A stretch of 64,000 nucleotides of DNA. Source: Longimicrobiales bacterium (GTDB taxonomy: Bacteria; Gemmatimonadota; Gemmatimonadetes; Longimicrobiales; Gaopeijiaceae). A program made the position numbers and the translations under genes. The notes beneath the pieces were generated by a model, which searched no databases, was not told the origin of the DNA, and was given only the letters and a program-made list of their open reading frames with translations. The stretch spans positions 2,112,001 through 2,176,000 of the forward strand of contig CBDFMQ010000002.1 of assembly GCA_965249725.1 (NCBI GenBank), given 5' to 3'. This document shows, piece by piece, positions 55,572 to 64,000 of this stretch (positions within the stretch are counted from its first letter, which is position 1; every line of letters begins with the position of its first letter).

Positions 55572-58147
55572 TCAGCCACCGCCATCCTCCACCACTTGAT
55601 GTGTCCTGCTCATCTGGAACGCCGGACTCTTCACGACTCCCATGATGAACGAGGAGAGCCGGTAGTCGTTCTCTGCCGCGTCTCGTGCGATGGCCCGGAT
55701 CGTCGGCTTGTCGTAATACTCGACTCGACGCCCCAACGCGTAGGCCATCAGGTTCTCCGTGAACGTCCGCACCAACGGAATAGGACGCTCCAAGAGCGCC
55801 TGCCGCAGATCCTTGGGACTCGTCACAGGCGTCCCGTCGTACAACTCACCTTGGGTGTCCAGCGGCATCCCGTTCTCGCGGATACGCCACTTGCCGGTGA
55901 CGTCGAAGTTGTCCAAGGCCAGGCCGATGGGATCCATGAACTTGTGGCACGAGGCGCACACCGGGTTCGAGCGGTGCATCTCCATCCGCTCGCGGGTGGT
56001 GAGCATCCGGCCGCCGTCCGACCCTTCGGTCTGCTCCAAGTCCGGCACCCCCGGCGGAGGCGGCGGCGGCGGTGTGCCCAGTAGCACCTCCATCACCCAT
56101 TTGCCTCGAAGCACAGGCGACGTCCGATTGGCGTGAGACGTCAGCGTAAGCACGCTGCCGTGGCCCAACAGGCCCCTGCGACGCTCATCCGCGAGCTCCA
56201 CTCTTCGGAAATGGTTCCCGGTGATGCCGGGAATCCCGTAGTGCTTGGCCAGTCGCTCGTTGACATAAGTATAGTCGGCGGTAAACAGATCGAAGAAGCT
56301 CCGATCCTCGCGGACCAGACTGTAGAAGAACAACTCCGTCTCGTGCTGCATAGCATCAGCGAGCTGCTGATGGAAGTCGGGATACATGAGCCGGTCGGGG
56401 TGGACCTTCTCGAGATCCTGAAGCCGGAGCCACTGAGCGGCGAAGCGCCCGCCCAAGGCCTCGGACCGTGGGTCGGCCAACATCCGGACGACCTGCCGTT
56501 CCAGCCCCTCCTCGCTCGACAGCGCCCCTCGGCTCACCGCATCCAGTAGAGCCTGATCCGGCGGCGTTCCCCATAGGAAGAACGAGAGACGCGAAGCCAG
56601 GTCGAGATCGCTGATGCGGTAGCTCTCCCCGGGCTCGTAGTCCTCCGGCGGCTCCTCGAACCGGAACACGAAGTCTGGACTCGCCAGCATCGCTTGGAGG
56701 GCAAAGGCGATCCCCGACTCGAAGCCTCCGATTTCGGCCCCGGCCTCGTAGAAGGTGCGCAAAGCGACGAGGTCTACCTCGGTAAGAGGCCGTCGATAGG
56801 CCTGGGTTCCGAGCCTGATCAGGATGTCCTCAGCGCACTCGGTCTGTTCCCCAGGCGACGTGGGGCGACACGTGAAAATCCTGCGGCGACTGGGCGTCTC
56901 AGAGACGCCCGTCGGATTGTGCGGCCCGTTCACCACGAGATCCTTCAGGTGTGCGAGAGCGGTGACGCCGTACCCACTCACCCCGATCTGTCGATCCGCC
57001 AACGACCACTCGTGAGGTGACATCAGGTCATCCACCGGACCCTCGGACTGCCGGATGAAGGCCGCCGTAACCCGCTGAGGGCCGGACCGCACGAAGATCG
57101 GCTCGGTCTCCATGTTCACGCCGTTCGGGTCCGAGACGCCCATCCAACGATCCACCTCGAGCAGAGCCATCCGCTCACCGTTGATGGAGACCTCGATCTG
57201 CTCGTCACGGGACACTCGGCCGTAGAACCCACCGGTGGTGGTGTGCTCGAAGGCCAACTTGAAGACGTACTCCCCGTCGGCCGGGAAGTTGTGAATCACG
57301 GAGACGCCGCCTCGGGTGCCGCGCGGGGCACCCTCTACGCGGTCCCACTGAGTGGTGTACCCGGGATTGGTATAGGTCGTCGAGGTCGGGATGGCATCCG
57401 GGTCACCGATGGCGAGCCGGGTGATGTCGCTCGCGGCCCGGAGGTAGGCATCCATCAGCGTCGCCGACAACATCTGCACGTCTTGTCGAAATTGGCGCTC
57501 TTCGTGTCCAGAGGCAGATAGTCCCCGGCGTCGATATCCAGGTCCAGCAGGTCGTGAATGGAACTGGCGTACTCGGCCCGGTTCAGACGCTGGAAGGGGC
57601 GACTGCCCGGGTTGGGGTCGTTCGCGGCGGCTTCGTCGATGAGGGTCTCGAGAGTCTCGACCAGCGCGAGGAGCGTATCGGGGCCGGGCCGTGGCGCGCC
57701 CGGAAGCGGCATCATGCCCGCCCTCAGCTTCACGATCATCTTCTCGGCCCTCTCGGGCATCTGTGCAGCCCGCTCAACCTCGAAGTCCGTCAGCGTGAGG
57801 TTTCCGGTGAGCATCACGTCGTTGTGACAGACGACGCAGTACTGCTTGACCACCGCGGTAAGCGAGTCGGCCGGGATGGATAAGGCAGCGTGGCTGGGCG
57901 AGTCAGCCGGCAGCGCAGGTCCCGGTCCGCGCACGGAATGATCCGAGTAATCCATGAGATACCGCTGGAGGAGGTCGCCCATCGAACTGGAAACCGGATC
58001 TCCGTGGGCTACCGTGGCGAGCCTGGCGGTTACCACCGGCGCGCTCTGCGCCCACGCTGTTGCCGTGGACGACGAGGTCGCCGGGAGGTAGCCGAGGGAG
58101 ACAAGGGCGCACAGAAAGCCGACCGCTGACCTACGTAGTCTTCTCAT
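55572..58147 (-). pseudogene. DUF1592-family (PSD/PSCyt) diheme cytochrome, module copy 2, frameshifted by a 7-bp deletion at 57482/57483
   Basis: CVVCH and CASCH; RLNRAEY; LASRLSFFLW; TSPVLRGKW; FDK|TC versus paralog FDNIADVQ. Confidence 0.88.
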
Positions 58148-59958
58148 CAGCACGACACGCAGTTGTGGTTGTTGATGGCGCCGAGGCTCTCCAGCAGCTC
58201 CACGGTTTCCGGGAACGGCTGGATGCGCTGCACCGGGCCGTTGGCCATGTCGACGGTCGTCTGGCCCCGGCGGCTCACGCCGGTGACCTCGGCCCCCTGT
58301 GCTACCAGGTAGCGAATCAGCTCGTTGTCCCCTCGGGCCGCTGCATGGTGAACGGCCGTGTAGCCGTTTTCATCCGGCACGTCCACGTCCACTCCGTGCT
58401 CCTCGACGAGGTACTGCACGGCCGGCAGCCAACCGTCGATGACGTGGCGGTGAGAGTTGGCGGCGAACCCCTCCCCGTACCCCACCCCCGATGCCGCATG
58501 GATCGGCCAAGCCCCCGGCCCACCCACCGGAACGGGCGGCAGCCCCGAGGGATCGTCCCCGCTGGGCGGGCGACGCTCAGGCATCTTGGTGGTCGGAACG
58601 TTTGGGTCGACACCAAATGACATCAGCATGCGCATGGCCGTGATGTCCAAGGCGAACGCGGCCCTCCAAAAGGGCGTGGCTCCTGCCCGGGTCACCCTCA
58701 GGAGATCGTTGTTGTAGGTCGTATACCACAGCGGCTTCCCCAAACGAGCGTTGGGATCGACCCCTGATTCGAGCAGGGCCTTCATGACCTCGAGGTAGGT
58801 CGCCTGCTGCTGCATGTAGTCCGTCGTCTGCGGATGCCGTGACTTGGGGGCCCAGTGCATGTTGAGCACGGCGTAGAGCGGCGTTGCCCCCGCGTCACTC
58901 GCCAGCGTGGGATCCGCCCCCCTCTCGAATAGAGCCATGACCAAATCGAAGTGCCCGTTGATGGCAGCGATGAGCATAGGGCTGGTACGGTCCGCCGCGC
59001 TCACACCGTCTATGTCGGCGCCCGCCTCCACGAGGGCGATCGCAGCCTCGCTGTGACCCTCCCGGCCCGCCAGCAGCAGGGCCGTTAGACCGCCATGGCT
59101 GCCCACGAGATCCGCATAAGAGAGGGGATCGATCTCGGTCGTCCCCCGCAGCTCGACCTCTTGGGGTAGCACCCGAGCGTTTGCGGCGGTCTGTTGCGGC
59201 TCCGGACCCGCCGGACCCGTCGGGCCCTGCGCCGCCCCAGCGCTGGGTGCCACCCGCCTCACGTCCGGGCTGCCCGGGCTGCTCGCCTGGCGAAGCTCGG
59301 CCAGCATCCGGTTCCGACGACCACGATCGACCCGGTCCTCCTCTTCCCGCACGGTGATGTCGATGACCTTCGCGGTGACGGCAGGATCAGCGCCGCCCTC
59401 CAAGAGAGCATGGACCGCGTCGACCCGGTTGGCTGCCGCGGCGAACATCAGCGGAGTCTGGCCCCACTGGCTCTCTCGCACATCGGCCACCGCACCGTGG
59501 TGCAGAAGTGCCGTCACGGTCGCGGCGCTGCCGGCGGCTGCCGCGAAGTGAAGGGCGGTGGCCGAACCGGTGCCCGTTCGCGCGTCGGGGTCCGCTCCGG
59601 CTGCCAGCAACGCTTCGACGGTATTCGACTGCCCCACCTTGCTCGCGAGATGCAGGGGCGTGTAATCCCCGAGACGCGTCACCGCACCCGGGTTGGCCCC
59701 CGCATAGATCAAGATCTCGACGATCTCCAGTTCGCCGGCCTCGGCGGCCCAGTGCAGAGCCGTCATGCCGTCGCCCTGCGCCGCATTCACATCGGCGCCC
59801 CCGCGTAAGAGCGTGCGGACCTCCTCCAGATCGCCCCTCATGGCGGCGTCTGCCACCGGGGATTCCGGGACGCCGACCCACATCAGCAGGGTCAGGACGA
59901 GCGCGGACCCTGCGTTGGCACGCAGCACCGTGCTCATCGGGCGGGTTGCATCTCTCAT
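58147..59958 (-). CDS. Exported ankyrin-repeat protein with C-terminal CxxC, module copy 1
   Basis: N-terminal hydrophobic segment; many G.T(A/P)LH.AA...LL..GAD repeats; ends NNHNCVSC. Confidence 0.9.
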   Translation of the reverse strand: MRDATRPMSTVLRANAGSALVLTLLMWVGVPESPVADAAMRGDLEEVRTLLRGGADVNAAQGDGMTALHWAAEAGELEIVEILIYAGANPGAVTRLGDYTPLHLASKVGQSNTVEALLAAGADPDARTGTGSATALHFAAAAGSAATVTALLHHGAVADVRESQWGQTPLMFAAAANRVDAVHALLEGGADPAVTAKVIDITVREEEDRVDRGRRNRMLAELRQASSPGSPDVRRVAPSAGAAQGPTGPAGPEPQQTAANARVLPQEVELRGTTEIDPLSYADLVGSHGGLTALLLAGREGHSEAAIALVEAGADIDGVSAADRTSPMLIAAINGHFDLVMALFERGADPTLASDAGATPLYAVLNMHWAPKSRHPQTTDYMQQQATYLEVMKALLESGVDPNARLGKPLWYTTYNNDLLRVTRAGATPFWRAAFALDITAMRMLMSFGVDPNVPTTKMPERRPPSGDDPSGLPPVPVGGPGAWPIHAASGVGYGEGFAANSHRHVIDGWLPAVQYLVEEHGVDVDVPDENGYTAVHHAAARGDNELIRYLVAQGAEVTGVSRRGQTTVDMANGPVQRIQPFPETVELLESLGAINNHNCVSC

Positions 59959-61349
59959 CAGACAGTGAGCGAGAAGTCGCCCGAGCTGTCCCCGAAGCTC
60001 TCGATGTCGTCGAGGCCGAGCTTGTGCATCAGGCTGAGCATCACGCTGGCCATCGGAGTTCCGGGATCGGCCCTCAGATGCATGTTGCCCTCGAGCCGGC
60101 CGTTGGCCCCGCCCGCGATGAACAGGGGGCAGCGCCGGTGGTTGTGGACGTTGGGGTCGCCCATCGGGGAGCCGTAGATGACCATGGTCTTGTCGAGCAG
60201 GCTCTGGTCGCCCTCCATGGTGCTCTGGAGCTTCTCGAGGAAGTAGGGAATCAAACTGACGTGGTACCGGTTGATGACCGAGAACTCCTCGATGGCACTC
60301 TCGTTTCCGCCATGATGCGAAGCCGGATGGAACGGCTTGTCCGAGCCGCTCTCGGGATAGACCCGGCTCGAGGCGTCGCGACCCATCTTGAAGGAAAAGA
60401 CCCGTGTCATGTCCGACTGGAAGGCCAGAGCCTGGAGGTCGAACATGAGCTTCACGTGCTCCTCGTAGGAGTCGGGCACCCCGGCGGGGGCCTCGGGCAG
60501 CTCGCGCAGCTCACCACTCAGATTGTAGGCCTCGACCCTCTGGATTCTCCGCTCGATCTCCCTGATGTCCTCCAGGTAGCGGTCCATGCGGATGCGGTCG
60601 CCCGCACTGAGCTGCCTTTGGAGGCCCGCCACCTCCGACGTGATCCAGTCGAGGATGCTGCGGCTGGTCCGCCTGCGCGCCGCGCGCTCCTCCGCACTGC
60701 CACCGGCCCCAAACAGCTGGTCGAACCCGACCCGGGGATCCCGGATCATGGGGAGCGGCTCCGTCGGCGAAGCCCAACTGATAGTGTCCGTATAGACACA
60801 CGCATAGCCGTAGGCGCAGCCTCCGGCCTGATCCACGTTCTCGATGCAGAGCTGCAGCGACGGGATCGGCGTATCCTGGCCGAATCTGCGGGCGTAGATC
60901 TGGTCTAGCGACGTGCCCACAGCGACGTCCGAGCTCTCGGTCTGTTTGGGGTGCGCCTGCGTCAGGAACGTGGCGCTGGAGCGGAAATGATCACCGCCCA
61001 CTTCCTTGGCTTGGAAGGCCTCCGCGTTTCGGACGTCCGTGTCGCTGATCACGGTCAGGTAGTCCCGGAACGGCTCCAGAGAACTCATGCTGGTCGGGCC
61101 CAGGTCGAACTCGCGACCGACCTCCGCGGGCGACCAGAGGTTCTTGGAGGCACCGTACTCGCTGGCGCCCGCCGCACCATGCACCATCTCGATCGCCACG
61201 AGCCGGGTGGGATCCGTGGCCGCTGAACCGGTTCTTGCCCACACCCTCCCGGCCGGCACCATCGCATCGAGGAACGGCAACGCGACGGTGGCGCCCAGGC
61301 CCCTGAGGACCTCCCGCCGCGACAGGTGCTTGCCCGTGATGAACTCCAT
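59958..61349 (-). CDS. DUF1552 (HXXSHH) protein with Tat-like signal, module copy 1
   Basis: LSRREVLRGLG; GGCAYGYAC; HPASHH; VHNHRRCP. Confidence 0.9.
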   Translation of the reverse strand: MEFITGKHLSRREVLRGLGATVALPFLDAMVPAGRVWARTGSAATDPTRLVAIEMVHGAAGASEYGASKNLWSPAEVGREFDLGPTSMSSLEPFRDYLTVISDTDVRNAEAFQAKEVGGDHFRSSATFLTQAHPKQTESSDVAVGTSLDQIYARRFGQDTPIPSLQLCIENVDQAGGCAYGYACVYTDTISWASPTEPLPMIRDPRVGFDQLFGAGGSAEERAARRRTSRSILDWITSEVAGLQRQLSAGDRIRMDRYLEDIREIERRIQRVEAYNLSGELRELPEAPAGVPDSYEEHVKLMFDLQALAFQSDMTRVFSFKMGRDASSRVYPESGSDKPFHPASHHGGNESAIEEFSVINRYHVSLIPYFLEKLQSTMEGDQSLLDKTMVIYGSPMGDPNVHNHRRCPLFIAGGANGRLEGNMHLRADPGTPMASVMLSLMHKLGLDDIESFGDSSGDFSLTV

Positions 61350-63899
61350 CTACTGACCCTCCTCCTCTACTGCAGCCTCGGCCCGGCTCATTTGGAAGGC
61401 CGGACTCTTCACGATGCCCAGGATGAACGACGAGATTCGGTAGTCGTTGTCGGCCGCGCTCCTTGCGATGGCCCGGACCGTTGGCTTGTCGTAGTACTCG
61501 ACCCGGCGCCCGAGGGCATACGCCATGAGGTTCTCCGTGAACGTCCGGACCAACGGGATCGGCCGCGCCAGCAGTGCCTGGCGCAGGTCCTCGGGACTCG
61601 TGATCGGCGTGCCGTCGTACAACTCTCCCTGAGTGTCCAAGGGCATCCCGTTCTCCCGGATGCGCCACTTGCCGGTGACGTCGAAGTTGTCCAAGGCCAG
61701 GCCGATGGGATCCATGAACTTGTGGCAGGAGCTGCACGCAGGATTGGAGCGGTGCATCTCCATGCGCTCCCGCGTTGTGAGCATCCGACCACCGGTCGAG
61801 CCCTCGGTCTGTTCCAGATCGGGTACTCCCGGGGGAGGCGGAGGCGGAGGCGTGCCCAGCAGCACCTCCATCACCCACTTCCCTCGAAGTACGGGAGACG
61901 TCCGGCCTGCGTGCGACGTCAGCGTGAGCACGCTGGCATGGCCCAACAACCCCCGGCGACCTCCGTCGGCCAACTCCACGCGGCGGAACGCACCGCCCGT
62001 GACGGCGGGCATTCCGTAGTGCCTGGCCAGACGCTCGTTCACAAAGGTGTAGTCGGCCGTGAACAGATCGAAGACGCTGCGATCCTCGCTCACGAGGCTG
62101 TTGAAGAACAGCTCCGTCTCCCGCGCCATGGCGTCCTTGAGCTGCTGATCGAAGTCCGGATACAACCGGACGTCGGGGTGGATCTTCTCGAGGTCCTGCA
62201 GGCGCAGCCACTGGCCGGCGAACCGGGCGCCCAACGCCTCGGAGCGCGGGTCGGCGAGCATCCGCTCGACCTGTTCTTCGAGCTGCATGGGATCCGAGAG
62301 CTCTCCACGCCCGGCCACATCAATCAGCTCCTCATCCGGAGGCGTCCCCCAGAGGAAGAAGGAGACGCGCGACGCGAGATCTTCATCGCTGATTCGGTAG
62401 TCCTGACCCGGCGAGGGGCGGCCGGTCGGCTCCTCGAACCGGAACACGAAGTGCGGACTCGCGAGAATCGCTTCCAGGGCCATCGCGACCCCCGCCTCGA
62501 AGCCACCCTCTTCGGACACCATCTCGAAGAACGACATCAGGTCGTCCAGGTTGTCCCCGGTAAGGGGTCTACGGTACGCCCGAGTCCCGAGCCGTGTGAG
62601 GATCTCCTCCGCGCAAGCCCGCTCTTCTCCCGAAGAAGTCGGGCGACAACTGAAGATCCGCCGTCGGCTCGGAGTCTCGGAGACGCCCGTCGGGTTGTGA
62701 GGGCCGTTGATGGCGAGGTCCCTGAGGTGGGGCAGGCTCGTGAACCCGTAGGCGTCGGCGATGCTGGTGCTGGCGAGCGACCAATCATGTGGAGACACCA
62801 AATCCTGGAGCGGTCCCTCGAAGCGTCGAATGAAGGCGGCAGACACGCGATGAGGACCCGACCTCACCGGGATCGGCCCCGTCCGGAGGTTCGTCCCGTC
62901 GGCGTCCGATCGATGCATCCACCGGTCGACCTCCAGAAGCGCCACCCGCTCGCCATCGACGGAGATCTCGATCTGCTCTGGCGCCTCGGCCGTGTGGAGC
63001 GCAGCCCTGCCACTGCCGTAGAGCGCACCCGTGGTCTCGTGGTGCAACGACACCCGGAACAGGTATTCGCCATCCGCCGGGAAATTGTGCACCACCGAGG
63101 TCCCGCCTCGGGTTCCTCGCGGAGCTCCCTCCACGCGTTCCGTCTGGGAATTCCAGCGAGAGACCTTGAAGGTGGCTTCGCTGGCCGTGGCGTGGGGGTT
63201 GCCGATCGCCAGCCGACCGATCTCGCTGGCCGCCGCGAGATAGGCGTTCATGAGCGTGGGCGAGAGCATCTGCACATCGGCGATGTTGTCGAAGTTGGCG
63301 CTCTTGGTATCCAGAGGCAGGAACGACCCGGCGTCCACTTCGAGCCCCAGCAGATCGCGGATCGAGGCGGAGTACTCCGCTCGATTCAGTCTCTGAAACG
63401 TGCGGTGGCCTGGATTCGGAGACGCGGCAGCGGCCTCGTCGATGAGCGTCTCCAGGGTCTCGACCAGGGCCAGCAGCGTATCGGGGCTCGGACGCGGGGC
63501 TCCGGGAATAGGCATCATCCCTGCCCGGAGCTTGACGATCATCTTCTCCGCCCTCTCCGCCATCTCCGGTGCCAACGCAACGTCGAAGTCGGAGAGCGTG
63601 AGGTTGCCGGTGAGCATCACGTCGTTATGACAGACGACGCAGTACTGCTTCACCACGGCGGTGAGCGAGTCGGCGGGAATCGTCGTCGCGAGGCGAGCGG
63701 TCGCGGCGGGCAGACCGCCCGGGCCGGGCCCCCGCACCGTCGGACTCGCATACCCCACCAGGTATTGTTGGACCACGGAATCGAGAGGGCCTCCTGATAC
63801 GGCATCGCCAGGCAATGCCTGATCCTGTGCCGCGCCGGGTCGGGCCATGCCCACCAGCGCGACGAGGGTCAGAGCACCTGATGCACCGCGTGTCTTCAT
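61350..63899 (-). CDS. DUF1592-family (DUF1587/1595/1592/1588/1585) diheme cytochrome, module copy 1
   Basis: Signal peptide; CVVCH and CSSCH; RLNRAEY, AYRRP, SPHFVFR, QWLRL, poly-Pro, YALGRR. Confidence 0.9.
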   Translation of the reverse strand: MKTRGASGALTLVALVGMARPGAAQDQALPGDAVSGGPLDSVVQQYLVGYASPTVRGPGPGGLPAATARLATTIPADSLTAVVKQYCVVCHNDVMLTGNLTLSDFDVALAPEMAERAEKMIVKLRAGMMPIPGAPRPSPDTLLALVETLETLIDEAAAASPNPGHRTFQRLNRAEYSASIRDLLGLEVDAGSFLPLDTKSANFDNIADVQMLSPTLMNAYLAAASEIGRLAIGNPHATASEATFKVSRWNSQTERVEGAPRGTRGGTSVVHNFPADGEYLFRVSLHHETTGALYGSGRAALHTAEAPEQIEISVDGERVALLEVDRWMHRSDADGTNLRTGPIPVRSGPHRVSAAFIRRFEGPLQDLVSPHDWSLASTSIADAYGFTSLPHLRDLAINGPHNPTGVSETPSRRRIFSCRPTSSGEERACAEEILTRLGTRAYRRPLTGDNLDDLMSFFEMVSEEGGFEAGVAMALEAILASPHFVFRFEEPTGRPSPGQDYRISDEDLASRVSFFLWGTPPDEELIDVAGRGELSDPMQLEEQVERMLADPRSEALGARFAGQWLRLQDLEKIHPDVRLYPDFDQQLKDAMARETELFFNSLVSEDRSVFDLFTADYTFVNERLARHYGMPAVTGGAFRRVELADGGRRGLLGHASVLTLTSHAGRTSPVLRGKWVMEVLLGTPPPPPPPGVPDLEQTEGSTGGRMLTTRERMEMHRSNPACSSCHKFMDPIGLALDNFDVTGKWRIRENGMPLDTQGELYDGTPITSPEDLRQALLARPIPLVRTFTENLMAYALGRRVEYYDKPTVRAIARSAADNDYRISSFILGIVKSPAFQMSRAEAAVEEEGQ

Positions 63900-63912
63900 C
63901 GGCCTATGGCCC

Positions 63913-63999
63913 CTAGTGCCCCGCTCCGCGCATCGCCGCGTGGATCGCCTTCACGGTGACCTTCGTCCGGAACTCCATGAGCTTATGCCCCACCTCAAG
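63913..63999 (-). CDS. 3' end of an upstream gene running off the window (unidentified)
   Basis: Open frame LEVGHKLMEFRTKVTVKAIHAAMRGAGH* ending 13 nt before the cytochrome start. Confidence 0.35.
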   Translation of the reverse strand, partial: LEVGHKLMEFRTKVTVKAIHAAMRGAGH

Positions 64000-64000
64000 C

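Noticed and set aside
55520..55600. Possible second frameshift at the 3' end of cytochrome copy 2 (alternative frame ...ADSESADMRSVDIVSRR* ends next to the DUF1552 start)
   Set aside because: The tail is unconserved and the annotated stop gives a length similar to copy 1; cannot be supported
322..63797. Many long antisense or alternative-frame ORFs (e.g. 322-1545, 25567-27096, 59508-60908, 61326-63797)
   Set aside because: Shadow ORFs expected in high-GC coding DNA; they lie over well-supported genes and show no family motifs

Overview
GC-rich bacterial window; the gene repertoire (many Tat/lipoprotein hydrolases, ADOP-type permease remnants, DUF5916 barrels, DUF1592/DUF1552 modules) suggests Gemmatimonadota or a similar lineage (inference). 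About 45 CDS or CDS remnants; no rRNA, tRNA, CRISPR array or transposase was recognised. Main blocks: M14 carboxypeptidase; a lipoprotein divergent from a HAMP kinase/sigma54 regulator pair; a di-heme oxidoreductase-Rieske-porin operon behind a sigma70 promoter covered by two tandem DtxR/MntR-type operators; ppk2; Tat-exported enzymes; a cupredoxin-like gene divergent from a cytochrome c/His-rich beta-propeller gene; an eroded rmlBACD polysaccharide locus; a GcvT-like plus two phytoene-dehydrogenase-like triad; yajQ and a DASS transporter; tandem DUF5916 barrels with a Tat aminotransferase, P1 peptidase and SSS transporter; and a tandemly duplicated diheme cytochrome (DUF1592)-DUF1552-ankyrin/CxxC module whose downstream copy carries a 7-bp deletion and an in-frame amber codon. 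At least seven separate gene lesions or deletion scars are visible. All family calls come from motif recognition by eye, not from database searches.
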